DNA of 62,662 nt, filler included, from Choristocarpus tenellus KU-1152 (lineage: Eukaryota > Protista > Phaeophyceae): the NCBI GenBank assembly GCA_964200185.2. It is 12 parts of 12 records of this genome, joined end to end, with 100 filler letters (N's around TTAATTAATTAA, not from the genome) between each part and the next. Parts side by side here need not be neighbours in the genome. Positions count along the whole stretch, not along the records: positions 38,115 to 42,058 come from CAXNAD020017009.1; positions 42,159 to 47,525 come from CAXNAD020011017.1; positions 47,626 to 51,396 come from CAXNAD020018014.1; positions 51,497 to 59,909 come from CAXNAD020004742.1; 8 more parts are not named here. The stretch is one strand, 5' to 3'. This document shows, piece by piece, positions 39,251 through 57,491 of the stretch. Both the position numbers and the translations under genes were made by a program. Below the pieces are notes generated by a model, which saw only the letters and a program-made list of their open reading frames with translations, ran no database searches and was not told the origin of the DNA. How positions within the stretch are numbered: position 1 is the stretch's first letter; each line of letters begins with the position of its first letter.

Positions 39251-39925
39251 GGTAGTTGAACACCTTACACGAGGGCACACAATGCTGTGTGCCCTATAGA
39301 ACAAGATCTCAACTTTTTCAATAGATAGGATTCAATACTGAGAGAGGGATGTGTTGATTATTGGCCTGATTAGGGTGATCACCTTGAACCGAGCAGCATC
39401 CTCTTGAGCGGTCTCTCGCTTACCCTTTCGCCGTCTCACCGACCTCTTCCTAAGGAAGTGCATCATCCTGCCACCGTTTGCATCAATCGACAGCAATTAC
39501 TCCCGCCAAAACCTCCAGCTTGGGATTTTCCTTCACCATGGATTATCTGTTTCCCACTCCCAGCTCCCAGCCCTCCCCTCTTGTTCAACTTTTGTGTCCG
39601 TCAAACCAGAAAAGTGAAACCGATAATATAGTTCACTTTCGTTCAGACTTTTTTATTACTGTTTTTTTGTTTTGGTATGATAATCGTTTTTATCGATTAG
39701 TTGTAGAACAACTTTGCACCCATTTGATTGATTGCTTGTCAGTGATTTCCCTTCTTCTGAAGCGGATATTTATGTGAACACGTTGGGAGTGTTTCGCTCA
39801 AGAGGGTTTCCGTCTCCCTCGACCTTTCTGCTGGATGCCATCGACCATTACGGATTTCAGCTGTGCTAGGGCTTGTGACCCCTCTGTTTCGGTTAGAGTG
39901 AAAAGTACCATACCATAGGTTCAAG

Positions 39926-42041
39926 GTGGAGCATCAAGCCCTTCTCTCGCACAAACAGGGAACGTTTGGGACGTTCACCCGCTCTCTAGTGCGAAATCCA
40001 ATCCGCACAATGGGTGGACTTCTAACCCGGCCAGAAGTGACTGCCTTCCGCAAAATCGATGTCCTCCGCCAGGGGATAGAGATAAGCGTCGAGCAGACCA
40101 GCATGGCAAGCAACAACATTCACACGTCCAAGTACAACGTGATTTCCTTTGTGCCAAAGTCATTATTTGAGCAATTCCGGCGTGTTGCGAATGTCTACTT
40201 CCTGGTGATCAGTATGCTGATGGTTGTGGGGACATACACGACACTCTTTACGTCTCCCCTTCAACCCTTTTCCACTCTTTTCCCACTTATATTCGTGCTC
40301 CTGGTAACCATGGTCAAGGATGGAGCAGAGGATCTCAAACGCCACCGATCCGACAAGAAGGTGATTGACGAGTTGATTCATGTCCTTGGTACTGTAGGGG
40401 ATCAATAACTCTGTAAGTGGCCGACCCTCTTCCATCCTACGATAAGTTGCACCCTATGATTAGTACAAGTGTATGTGTGCACGCTCGATCTTGAGGAGGC
40501 CTTGAACATCTGGAGTGTTGGGGCCGTGCGTAGGTTGCAATTTTTTGGCTAGGTATCTTCAGGGAATAAGCTGATCCTGTAGTTCTGGACGCTCTGGATA
40601 TGTTTTTGCGTACCTCCTAACGGACTAATTTTTGTTTCCTGTTGAATCTTTCTGTCATACTGTGATGTCCTGACTTGCGCTTTATTTTGTATATCTCAAT
40701 CCCGAATCAACTGGCGAGCTGTACTCAAATGACCGCCCTGTGCACCCTTCAAACCTTTTACATCTTCCCAACCTGTCGATAGGTGAACAACTCAATCGCC
40801 CAAACCATGTCCCTCGACCGCCGTGGGGTATTTGAGGAGATGAAGTGGAGAGATATCAGTGTAGGGAGGTGCGTCTTCTAGTTGAGGGTGAACTATCGGT
40901 GACTCTTAGATATTCTTTGCTCAATCTTGTCCTCACGTACTCTTTTGTTGGAAGGGGTACACGTTGGGGCGTGGGGGGTGGCGAGGATAAGGGGTATGTT
41001 GTGCGGGGGTTGTCATTTTGTTGCTGTTGTACAACTTTGGTGATTCAATTGTCCAAGTTGGTTTTGACAGTCAATATTCGTTGCACTATACATGAGGAAA
41101 GATTTTCCCTGTCTTGGAATTTGATGCTCATCCTGTAAACGATGTCATTTTTTGCTGCTTTCACCCTAACACTGTCTTCCATCGCCTGCAAGATCATGGA
41201 GTGCCCTGACTTGGGGTTTGAAATAGCAAGTAGTTTTGATACTGTACAACCACATGCAATCTCACTGTCAGTACCTCACATGCATATCATGAATAGTTTG
41301 TAAAGGTAAAGAGGTGGACTCACTTTCCTCCTGTGTTGGGATGTCGATGGTTATTCCACCTAACCGGCTCGTTGATCAGCAGCAGCGTAAAACCTCCTTG
41401 AACATTTCATCATTTTTTTTCTATTTTCTCATTGGCTACCATGTACAAAATATGTGTACATATTAAGAACACTTTTGAGTGTCTGATATCTCCTTGTTGG
41501 AAGTGCTAAGGGGTTCATGTGTGGGAGGCACTCACAGTTTGAATCTTGTTGCTTGTGGGTACTCAAGTCCATGTTGTTTGACGACAAAGTTTGAAGACAG
41601 GGCTACTGCTGCTGCATGATCCGTGGGTATTTTGTGCAGAGTTTAGGAAAGCACTTTAGAGCTTCTTTGTTATATGTGGATTATTGGATATCACTTGCGG
41701 GGTCAATGAGGGATTGACAGAAGGGAGAGGGTCAGGAGTTCTTCTTCTTATTATTATCAAATTCTTGGCAACGAGGCAAGGTGTATGATTGTCAGTATTG
41801 ACCACTCTCATTAACCCTGTCATTAAAAAAAAGGATTGTGAAGGTCATGGACAAGGAAGAAATTCCTGCGGATATTGTCCTCTTGTGCACATCTGAGACT
41901 GGGGGTGTGGGATACATAGAGACTGCCAATATTGATGGGGAGACAAATCTCAAGATTAGGTCCAGTGCACCCACACGAGAAGGAACACCCCCAGGGCCAG
42001 AGTGGTCAAATCCTGAGGAGCTGTATGATGTACCCATGGAG
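39926..42041 (+). CDS. P4-type ATPase (phospholipid flippase, DRS2/ALA family), 3' partial
   Basis: Exons 39926 (or ATG 40010)-40360 ([47 protein letters not shown]), 40783-40868 ([12 protein letters not shown]) and 41834-42041 ([22 protein letters not shown]). DGET actuator motif. Confidence 0.95.
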
Positions 42042-42058
42042 GTAAGTTTTTTTAGGGA

Positions 42059-42158
42059 NNNNNNNNNNNNNNNNNNNNNNNNNNNNNNNNNNNNNNNNNN
42101 NNTTAATTAATTAANNNNNNNNNNNNNNNNNNNNNNNNNNNNNNNNNNNNNNNNNNNN
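42059..42158. other. Artificial contig linker
   Basis: N44-TTAATTAATTAA-N44. Confidence 0.98.
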
Positions 42159-42177
42159 GGGGGGGATGTAGACACAC

Positions 42178-46973
<4,796 letters not shown>

Positions 46974-47025
46974 CTACCACAAGGTAGTTTAAAACGTGAA
47001 TGCAGAGGCGTGTCTAGGCGTTACC

Positions 47026-47027
<2 letters not shown>

Positions 47028-47055
<28 letters not shown>
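47028..47055. repeat. (AG)n microsatellite
   Basis: Direct read. Confidence 0.9.
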
Positions 47056-47058
<3 letters not shown>

Positions 47059-47525
47059 CTATATCCTATGCGAAGGCGTTTACACATGTGGTCAGAGTAC
47101 TACACTATCAATAAATTTCTAGATGCTGTTGACATATAAAGTCTACCTACCAGGTGTGTGTTCACCCCCCAAAACACACTGAAAGGAGTTGAGATATAGA
47201 CAAACACTTGGGCACTACCAACAAGTGATAATAATTAAGGTCCCAGAACAAAAAGTCAAGCGAAAAATATAAAAATCAAGCACTTTAATAACCCACAGGA
47301 AATAATGTGCATGAAAGCTAATGTCCACAGCTTAGGATTAGGGCAAGACTCTCTACAATAATACTGGTGGCGCCCAGAGCCACAAGAGCAACTAACATGG
47401 TCACCGAGATACTCTCTTCTAACCAAGAATTCATCCAGGCCTAGGTCTTCCATTAACAACTTCAACATAACAAAGAAATATTATGTTTCTTTCAATCAAT
47501 GCCAGCTTGAGGGAATGGGGGGGGG

Positions 47526-47625
47526 NNNNNNNNNNNNNNNNNNNNNNNNNNNNNNNNNNNNNNNNNNNNTTAATTAATTAANNNNNNNNNNNNNNNNNNN
47601 NNNNNNNNNNNNNNNNNNNNNNNNN
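47526..47625. other. Artificial contig linker
   Basis: N44-TTAATTAATTAA-N44. Confidence 0.98.
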
Positions 47626-47634
47626 GGGGCATAC

Positions 47635-49929
47635 CTGAGTTGCCAGTGTATCAATAAAGTCAATGCAAGAAGCCTCGAGTAGCTGTAAGATTACACCCGC
47701 CTTTCCAGCCACACGGCATGCGGTGAGGTCTGCTAATGCACACCTGATTTTGGTAGAGTATTGGGAGGCATATTCCTTCAGTTTCATAGAGGTACAAAAA
47801 CAATTCTACAAACACATCAACACAATTGTACTACATTAAAAAAACATGCCATAAGAATCCTGTAAGTGCCCCACGTATGGCACAAATATTTAATTTGTTT
47901 CAACTACATTCAATGCAATGTTTTTAAAACAGTAGAATTAGTTATTTCCCCTCTCTGTCTATACATTTAACCACACTTTATCACTCCAACCTCCAGATAC
48001 TTCATCATCCCTGAACCAATTCGCACCTGCACTCAGTCTCCGACAGAGCCACTGGCAGGAGGAGCAACATCCTCGATGCCCTTGCCTCAGCATCAGCCAG
48101 CGAAATCCTCAGCAATCCCAGAGAAACATTGGCCCTGCAGACAAGAGGTTCCATATCAAATGCTAACATCAAAGAAAAAAAAAGGTGAGATTTGTGACAT
48201 CACCATGACATGCCATATCTTCTACTGTCACTTACCCCACATCCCACCACATCCACATCCACATCCACACTGCATCATACCATAACAACAATCACGGCAT
48301 CATTACCAAAACTTAATATCAACAATTCAACCCACATCTGTAGTCTAACCCCCAACTGCCCTTACCCCCACCCCCCACCCCCCAAACCCCAAACCCAACC
48401 TGTACAAAACAATATGATACCTCCTAGCATCCGCTGCTTCTTGTTGAAGGGACGCCTGCTGACTCAGCAGAGCCCGCTTTTGCTCCTGTACCACCGCTAG
48501 CTCTCCCGTTCCTGCTGCTGCGCTCTCTGCAAGGCTATCCCTTGACACCCTGAGCTCTTCAGCATACACCCTACAACAAGGCAAAAAGGAGGACACAGTT
48601 TCAAAGGAGGAAGGGAAATGATAAGAGTCATACATGTACCGGCCACACTACCATCATGCTCGCAGACAGAGAACGCGCATAAACACGCCTTCCAGTAAAA
48701 ATTATATATTGGTCTTGGAGGTAATACCCATACTCCGATAGAAGAAAACAAACACAAATGTCTTTGAAGCATTAAATGAGACAATACAACCAGGAAAGCT
48801 CATAAACAAAGACCTCCAGACCAGAGCGCAATTCATTCATCGCTCAAAGCATTTCAGGGTAGGGGGTAGGGGGGTGGGGTGGGGTCTACACCAGAGTTTC
48901 CATTTTTGCCATGACCAGGAGAAGTGCGCTTACATTATCCGTCCGACGCATGATGCAACCAAATAACCCAAAAATCGCGACATGGAAAGATGGGCCCTAA
49001 ATGGACAGCCACCACCCCCACCCTTGATACTTTGGAGCCTCTAGATATTTTCCCTGGGGATCAACTGGGTATTGCCATCATTAACACCCAAGGTCAGTAC
49101 CAATGGGTCCTATGTCAATATTATGTACTTTGCAACTCATCCACGGCATAGGCCACATCAACACACCACCATTGATACATCCCATATTCACAGCATTACT
49201 GCAGACTAAACTTAAACTGCCCATGCCTAGCAATACCATCCAAGTAATATGGCAGTTACATAATTAGCCCTGAAATGGAGGAGCTCTGCATTCGTGGGAC
49301 AAAGCACGTTTGAGCCATCAAAAGGACTCAGCACATTCCCTGTGTCATACAGCAAGATCAATTCGACGTCCTCCTGCACAAGGGAGGTGAACCGCTAGAC
49401 CCTCTCCTGCCTCATGCCTTTCAAAGGTGAAGTTGTTGAGAGAGCACAATGCCCATCCGGCAAGAAGTGACACCCCTACATACACCAAATCACCCCACAG
49501 TGTGTTGTCAAGCTCCAATCCAATAGATGCTATAGATCATCAGTTTCAAGAGATAGGTCATATCTGATCGTTGTAGTGACGAGGAATACCTCCTCTGTTT
49601 CAAATCGGTTTGAACACTCCACACAGGAGACTTCAAATACACACAACACAGTTTCAGACTTTCATCGTGTCACCTTGTGCTCGTTCTAAAAGTGGACTTC
49701 CAATATTTTAGAAATCCTTCGATTGACCTCTTTATCACTACAAAAACTGACCGCCATGCCGTGCATGCTGGGGCCGGTGGGGGGGGGGGGGGGGGGGAAG
49801 AAAAACCAAAACAGGCAAAGTTTCAGCAAGAACAACAACGCCACAAACAACCCAAACAAAANNNNNNNNNNCATCTTCTCATTTCATCGACCCCCCCTTC
49901 TACCCCCCCGAAGCCGGACGCGCGGGGGG

Positions 49930-49981
<52 letters not shown>

Positions 49982-51305
49982 ATTTCACATACAAGCTCTA
50001 GTTTTTTCAGAAGCAAACCTCCAAGCAAACCACTCAAAACAATGCCTAGTATTCAGAATATCCGTTACTACAAAATATTATCAAAAGTGTACTAAATTGT
50101 AGACATTGTACTTTTTTCAAAAAAAAAGTAAAACGAACCAGAAAAGACAGTTCTTTTTTAAACGGTCATGGTGAAGAGGGGGGATCCTACAAATTACCTG
50201 AAGCGCTCAATAGTGTTCTTAGAATCTTCCAGTTCCTTTAGTACGGCATCAAGGGCCATGCGTTTATTGTGAACTTCTTGCTCCTTCTTGTTCAATTCCG
50301 CCTGAAAATAGGCACATTAATGTCACACAAACAGGAAAAAAAAAGTGCAAGGATTATGTTGAAAAATGTAAAGGGGTGGGGTAGGGAAAAAAAAAAAAAA
50401 AGATTTTAGGGGGTGGTTTTTGTAGTTTTTTTCTGGCGTGAATGGGAGTTTTTGTGTTGTGTGCAGATCCCGAGGGTTTGATGTGCCTACCTCTGTTTGG
50501 GTGGATTGAGCGCGTGTTTAGAAGTGTTCCTGTCCAATTCTAACTTTAGTGATTGTGTACTTTTCATTTACAGAACCAGGAATGTGAATGGTAGGATATT
50601 TTATTATCAGCGCGAAGTGGATTGAAATGCCGAACCCTATCAATGGGGAATTGTTTGAATTGATGCTTGCTTTACTAAATTATCTTTGTTGTATTAATTT
50701 TTTTTTGTCTAAGACCCCCCCCTACTAATCGAGACATAATCAATCGTAGCAACACAATCAAACCCCCCCCTGATTGACAACACCACACCCTCCTTTCACA
50801 ATCCACACCACAATCACAAACACCAACGGAGGAGCAATCACAATCTCAGCCCTGACTCCAACCTGCGTGTACCCCCCACAATAACAAATAATAAATATGC
50901 TATCAACAACAGCAAGGGTCAAAAACAAAAAAAAATCCCAGTATTTTGCAACAGAAATGAACATGAGATGCAATTGAATACACAAAACATTATCCCCTTC
51001 TGCTACCCCACCCCCACCCCCCTCCCTCTCCACAAAAAAACAGACACCTGAACCTACCTCACTATACACATCACCACACAAAAAAACATACCAACTCCCA
51101 ACAGTTTTGCCCTTGGCACACAAATCTCACAAACCTGGACAGCCTTGATCTCTTCTGCCTGCTGCACCTCCAACTCCTCAGACAGTTCCACTGATGATTC
51201 TAGATCCATAACTGCGGCCTCCAGCTCACCCACACGCTCCCCAAGCTCCAGGTTCTTTGCAGTCAAGGTTTCAACCATCTCTTCAAAGGCGTTGCCTTGG
51301 TCAAC
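47635..51305 (-). CDS. DCTN1: Dynactin subunit 1 (p150Glued), internal exons
   Basis: Exons 51305-51135 (VDQGNAFEEMVETLTAKNLELGERVGELEAAVMDLE; cf. p150 EEMVEMLTDRNLNLEEKV), 50301-50198 (..SKNTIERFR), 48570-48421, 48134-48027 and 47743-47635 (CRVAGKAGVILQ). All phases are consistent. Confidence 0.82.
48841..49039. mobile_element. MITE family B copy in a DCTN1 intron
   Basis: Reverse-complement homologue of 37798-37978 (GGTCTACACCAG..CAGGAGAAGTGC..CCAAAAATCGCGACAT..AAATGGACAGCCACC..GATACTTTGGAGCC). Confidence 0.82.
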
Positions 51306-51396
51306 CTAACAAGAGTCAGGGGGGGGGGGGGGGGGGGGGGCGGGGAAATAAATTACAAAAAGAAAAATTACCCCTGTGGTGCTGGAGGGGGTAAAC

Positions 51397-51496
51397 NNNN
51401 NNNNNNNNNNNNNNNNNNNNNNNNNNNNNNNNNNNNNNNNTTAATTAATTAANNNNNNNNNNNNNNNNNNNNNNNNNNNNNNNNNNNNNNNNNNNN
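51397..51496. other. Artificial contig linker
   Basis: N44-TTAATTAATTAA-N44. Confidence 0.98.
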
Positions 51497-52574
51497 GGGG
51501 TTGGGGGGGGAGGAGAAAGAAAGCGGGGCCCTCCCACAAGGTGGGTGTGGTTGGGGGGGGGGGGGGGGGGGGGGGGGGGTAGTGGGAAGGAGGAAAAGAA
51601 GACTAGCTACTCATCTACAATACGAGAACTTTGTGAAGCATACGCACTGCTGGCAAACCAACAAACAAACAAATCAGTTAAAGCGCGTGCTTCAAAACCA
51701 TAGTGCGTATTTGCAAAAAAAAAAAAAAAAGACTAAAAAAAAAAAGATTTTTTTTAAAACACACATACAAAAGTATTGTTATAGAAAGAATGAAATTTAA
51801 AAAATGTTCACCGGTGAACGGGTTTTTTTTGCATGTTTTTGTTCAATTGGTGTGCAGTAGAATACCAAAACGGTTCTCAATATGACCACTATTGATAGTC
51901 TAGTCTCGATAATACTCCGAGGGATTGTGCTGCTTTACCTTTGCCCGTAGTGAGTGAAGATATCACATCTTCAGTATGTAACGTTACACTGCGCTCTGTA
52001 GAGCTCCAGAGCACTCCAGAGCACATTGATTTTTACTCTGTTCTTAGAGTACACTAGTGCGTAGCAGTAATCGAATAACAGTACAGAAAGATACTCTTTT
52101 TTTTCTTTATACAGTACACCAGTTTGAAACATTAATTGCCAGCACAAGAAAGCCTACTATATTTTTAACGCACACAACGGAAGAGGAAAAATAATATTTA
52201 ATAATAAAAATATAAGGGTTAGGGTTAGGGTTTAGTTGACTGTGAAGTGGAGTACTACTACAACGATGTTTTAAAAAAAGAATCAACCATGTCACAGTGG
52301 GGAACCAAGGATGGAAAAACTTCCCATAAATTGCATAGCCAATGCCCAATCTTGACAACAAAATCAAAACAGATACTTGTTGCAGATCAAACATTGTGGA
52401 GATAGGCTGGTCAATACGAGACATCAAAAGGTATACCTCTGATGACATAACCTGAATGAGTACATCATAGCATTTATTGATTTTGAAAACAGAGTCACAT
52501 TGTACCGCCAACTAAAACACCACCCAATTCAGAGCAAAACCCCCGACAGGATCACCTCACACTGTCCAAGGTGT

Positions 52575-53048
52575 ACCTTTTGATGTCATACATCTTAACG
52601 TCATATATCTTAACAGCACCTCATAATGCCATACCCCTTAACATCATACCTCTTAACGCCATACCTCTTAATGCCACACCTCTTAATGCCATACCTCTTA
52701 ATGTCATACCTCTTAAAGCATACCTCCTAATGCCATACCTCTTAATTCCACATTAACATTTTACCGCTTAACATCATAACTCTTAACGCCATACCTCTTA
52801 TAGTCACACCTCTTAACGTTATATCCCTTAATATCATACCTCTGAACATCATACATGTTAATGTCATACCTCCTAACGCCATACCTCTTAACATCATACC
52901 TCTTAATGTCATACCTCCTAAAGTCATACCTCTTAATATTATATTATTATGCCCTCTGACATTTTGCAGATTACCTCTTAATATCATACCTCTTGATGTC
53001 ATACCTCTTAACAGCATACCTCTTGATGTCAAACCTCTCAAGTCATAC
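52575..53048. repeat. 15-bp minisatellite (CATACCTCTTAAYRY)n
   Basis: Roughly 30 degenerate tandem copies, read directly. Confidence 0.92.
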
Positions 53049-53224
53049 CAATACGTCAACCACCCCGCTAGATAGTTGGTGGCTGTCTCCAGTTTCTCAT
53101 CTAAAACTAGAGACCAATCAATTTTGAGGGGGTTTTCTTCTACCAAATCCATAGGAGTGCAATAGTTCACGCAACTCAATGCAGTGACAAGCCTGTATCT
53201 ATACACTACTGACTGCATGGGAAT

Positions 53225-53440
53225 ATTTCTATTATCATCATAATGATTGCTAACATTGTTACAATGAATACCTCTATTACCATAATGACTACTAATAATA
53301 CAACGATTGCTTTTACTAATATACTGATCACTTTTATTACTACAACGATTGCTAATATAGTTACAATGATTACTCTTATTACCATAATGATTACTAATAT
53401 TAACACAATGATCACTTCTACTAATACAACGATTACTCTA
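53225..53440. repeat. AT-rich degenerate tandem repeat (~18-21-bp unit around AYGATTRCT)
   Basis: Direct read; produces spurious I/T-rich ORFs. Confidence 0.75.
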
Positions 53441-53726
53441 AAAGAAAAAAAAATACTTCACACTGTCCCCAAACTTCCAAGAAGAAACCCTAACCTCAAC
53501 CAATTCAAAACATCTCAAAACCTCAGGGGAAAAAAAAAACATTAAAACACCCTCTCACCAAAGAGGCATTTACCTCTTTTATCGCCATTTCCCCATACCC
53601 TAACAACACATCCACAATCTATTCAACCGCTTACCACAAGACCAAAAACACTCCCTCACCAAATAGGCGTTTTTCTATCTCCCCGTGCCTCAAGAAACCT
53701 AACCCTATATATATTGCATCTCTTAC

Positions 53727-56700
53727 CGCAGGTGAACATCAGTTACTTTTATCTCCAGGTTGTCCACAATACGCTGGACAAGTTGTTCCACAAACCCCTT
53801 GTTCTGAACACACGCACACACACACACGCACAAACACATAAGAACGCCAGTGCCCGGTCCGCCCCCCCCCCCCCCCCACCTCCCCCCACCCAACCCCCCA
53901 CACCCCANNNNNNNNNNGTTCTGAACACACCCACACACACACGCACAAACACATAAGAACGCCAGTGCCCGGTCCCCCCCCCCCCACCCCCGAACCGCAA
54001 CAAGAATAACATAAAAAGGCAAACAGTCGAAAGGATGCAAAGTGTCGAAGTTAAAAAATAGCAGCAGAGGAGCGCAGTTTTGAACAAAAAAAGCATTTGA
54101 ATTTTAGCACCTTTTTGTGCTTATGGTCGCTGCTGCTCGTACACTACACCAGTAGTAGTAAAATCATTGCTTATACAATACTAATCTTAGCATTTACACA
54201 TACTCATACCCTGCACTAGTAGTAGTAAAATCGTTGCATGTATAATACTAATCATAACATTTAACCACACTTACATCCTACACTAGTAGAGGAGTAAATC
54301 ATTGCATATACAACACTAATCTTAACATTTAACCACACTTACATCCCACACTAGCAGCAGTAAAATCATCGCGTATACAATACTAATCTCAACATGTAAA
54401 TCATCTCATACACAATACTAATCTCAACTTGTAAATCATTACGTATACAATACTAATCTCAACATGTAACTCATCTCGTATACAATACTAATCTCAACTT
54501 GTAAATCACCTCATATACAATACTAATCTCAAAATGTAAATCATCTCGTATACAATACTAACCTCAACATGTAAATCATCTCGTATACAATACTAATCTC
54601 AACTTGTAAATCATATCGTATACAATACTAATCTCAACTTGTAAATCATATCGTATACAATACTAATCTCAACTTGTAAAGCATCGTGTATACAATACTA
54701 ATCTCAACATGTAAATCATCTCGTATACAATACTAATCTCAACTTGTAAATCATCGTGTATACAATACTAATCTCAACTTGTAAATCATCTCGTATACAA
54801 TACTAATCTCAACTTGTAAATCATCTCGTACACAATACTATCTCAACTTGTAAATCATCGCATATACAATACTAATCTCAACATGTAAATCATCGCGTAT
54901 ACAATACTAATCTCAACTTGTAACCAATACAAAGAAGACTGTACACGCTCCCAAGTACACTGCGTTGAGGTTATACCTTTTTTTGTCTCAAGCATTTCCT
55001 GCTTTGTTCACTACTCAGTTCATTCCTGTTTTTTCATCAGTTTGTTCCAACTGTCTGCAGGGATGAGTAAAATAAATACCACATCAAGAAGGCGTTTCTG
55101 ATGACTTTGCAGTGGGCAGCATTTAATAGGGCGTGCAAGACTCTGAAGTCAGATTCTGCTGAGACTCTAGAGTAACCTTAAAATGCCATCTTCTTGGAAG
55201 GCCCCCGTCAAACGTATCAATATCTAAAATCTAATTCCACCTTCTTGTGCATTCATAGCCTGCCTTTGCAAACTCTTTCAGCTGGAAGGTGAACTGAGGA
55301 TGCATTAATTTCTTTGTCATGTGGCTGTACTTTATGTTTTCTTCTACCGAACGCCACTCCTTTTAAGGTTAGGGCTTTCAATTTCTTTGTAGTGCCTTTT
55401 CACCAACGGTCTGAGCACATCTTAAACACGCCTTCCTCTTTTCTCCTCGACAAACAACATCTAGTAAACAACGCCTTCAAACGATCATCGCGGCACGTAT
55501 TGAACTAACATATGACATCAATCAATATATCAACCAACCAATCAACTAACCGATATATCAATCAATCAACCCATCAACCAACCAATCGACTAACCAATAT
55601 ATCAATCAATCAACCCATCAACTAACCGATCTGTCAATTAATCAACCCATCAACCAACCAATCAACTAACTGATCTGTCAATCAATCAACCCATCAACCA
55701 ATCAATTTATCAAATTTCTGTACTGTAGTCAGGGTTAGTGTTAGGGCTAGGGCTAAGGTCAGACTGGAAAGGCGAATGTATACCCACATACACTACGCAG
55801 GCACAGGAGAAGCAATCCGCACAATACGACCCCCAAACAGAGTAGACGGAGCGAAGTGGTGTACAAACAGTGGAATGACACGAAAAGGATCAACAGGGTA
55901 CCGGTGTCGATCGCGACCAGCGAGTGGAGGCCTTTCAGAAGGCAAAATTAACTTGCTACCATGTTTCCACCATTTCGGTTTGAAAGTTTATGTTTAGACC
56001 TCTCACAACAACAAAAGTAATGACAAGATCGAGAGGCCGCAGCAGGCGCCCCCTCGGGACAAACATTACACAAGAGAGGAAACGGAGAGCAACAATAGAA
56101 TGCTCTCTCTCTCTCTCTCTCTTTCTCTCTCTTTCAAAAAAATAAAAATAAAAGGAAGAACAAAAAAAGAATACACAACACACACACACACAAACACAAA
56201 CACAAACACAAACACAAACACAAACACAAACACAAACACAAACACAAACACAAACATACATACATACATACATACATACATACATACATACATACATACA
56301 TACATACATACATACATACATACATACATACATACATACGCACATAGACACAAAAAAGGAAATATGTACTACACCAAAACAGGAAGTTGCATCCTTCACC
56401 TCGAGAAGCTCGGCGTCCTTGTTGACCTTTCCCTTCCCCTCCTTCTTTCTCTTCAATGCCTCAGCCAGAGCCTTCTCCCTCTCAGCCTCGGCTGCATCTA
56501 GCATCCCTCGCTTGATCTTCAGGCGCCTTTGCCTTACCTCCTCGTCCCCCCAGGTGTCCTTCTGTGTCGGCCCCAGGAGGAGGCCAACCCCTTCAATGTA
56601 GACCTTTACTGCCTCCTTGTCAAGCTTCAGCCAAGGAATGTGAACCTATTTGTGGGCAAGGTGATTTGGGGAGAGGGTTGATGGGAGGAAGGAAAGACAA

Positions 56701-57491
56701 ACAAACGGCACCCTCCTTGCGGCATATTGATAGGCTGTTGGGGTAGGTGGGAGAACGGAAAGCTGTAATGGGTGGGAAGGGAGGCAAGGCGAGTTGGGGG
56801 CAAGTCGTTGGGTCCATAAGAATACCACCATAGCATCCATAGGAAGAGGGATAAATTTACCTCAAGCTTTTTTACTGTTCCATGCAGAATGTTGACTGGT
56901 AGCTGCAACTGGTTAACAGCCTCGGGGTTCACCTGGTACGGGAATAAAATATTTGGCACATGAATCGCGGGTGGTCAAGCAAGGAACGGATCGCATACAC
57001 CCGACATGAAATCACTCGGAGGGTTGCAATAGCTTCACAGGGTCTAACTCTCATCCATAATCTATGAGATCATCTTCTGCCCCTTCGTGTTTTTCATCTC
57101 ACTACTTCCGGCGAATGGAGTGCAATGAAATCTACCGAACAGTCCTATGCGAAATAATGAACAGAGACAGGAAAGGGTGAGGATAAGAATATGCAAGCGC
57201 CGTTTGGTACTATGGGAGTGGGTGGGGAGTTGACTAGGGGTTGCAATGCATCAAGTTCACTAGGCTGATAAAAGTTGGTGATGAAGCAATGGTGGTATCA
57301 CCAAAGGAAAAGCAGTGCTGTATCGAGATGGTTAAAGCAATGAAGTGGTTAGAGCTTGGCATCCTTACCTGAAGATCGACGAGAACGATCTTGCCAGACC
57401 ATACCCCGACCTTGAGCTTTTCGTGTGTCAAACCCACGACATAATCCGACAAGGCATCGTGCAGCGCGTTCAAAAGCAGAGCTTTTGCCAT
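53727..57491 (-). CDS. VPS13: VPS13-family (chorein-N) lipid transfer protein, first four exons
   Basis: Exons 57491-57369 (MAKALLLNALHDALSDYVVGLTHEKLKVGVWSGKIVLVDLQ), 56932-56861 (LQLPVNILHGTVKKLE), 56645-56400 (VHIPWLKLDKEAVKVYIEGV..) and 53803-53727 (GFVEQLVQRIVDNLEIKVTDVHLR). Confidence 0.93.
54147..54923. repeat. Compound satellite: 67-bp unit x~3.5 grading into 35-bp unit x~16
   Basis: 67-mers start at 54147, 54214, 54281 and 54349; then CAATACTAATCTCAACWTGTAAATCATCTCGTATA repeats head-to-tail with no spacers. Confidence 0.93.
55517..55706. repeat. (TCAA/CCAA)-derived repeat with ~44-bp higher-order period
   Basis: CTAACC anchors at 55546 and 55590; direct read. Confidence 0.85.
56104..56339. 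repeat. Compound microsatellite (CT)n, (CA)n, (CAAACA)n, (TACA)n
   Basis: Direct read; lies just inside the donor end of VPS13 intron 3. Confidence 0.93.

Noticed and set aside
49677-50102. Gly-rich ORFs
   Set aside because: Poly-G tracts and an N gap in a DCTN1 intron; low-quality sequence.
52742-53545. ORFs with RGMTL repeats and I/T-rich ORFs (pentapeptide-like proteins)
   Set aside because: Translations of 15-bp and ~21-bp minisatellites that are open on both strands; no splice or homology support.
53801-53990. Duplicated VPS13 splice acceptor region as alternative splicing
   Set aside because: Near-identical copies flank a 10-N scaffold gap beside poly-C; most likely an assembly overlap artefact.
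54362-54923. CRISPR array
   Set aside because: 35-bp units are head-to-tail with only ~7 variable bases that are mutational variants of each other; no unique spacers, no cas genes, and the array is intronic.
55956-56399. CMYV/CV/HTYI repeat proteins
   Set aside because: Microsatellite translation within a VPS13 intron.
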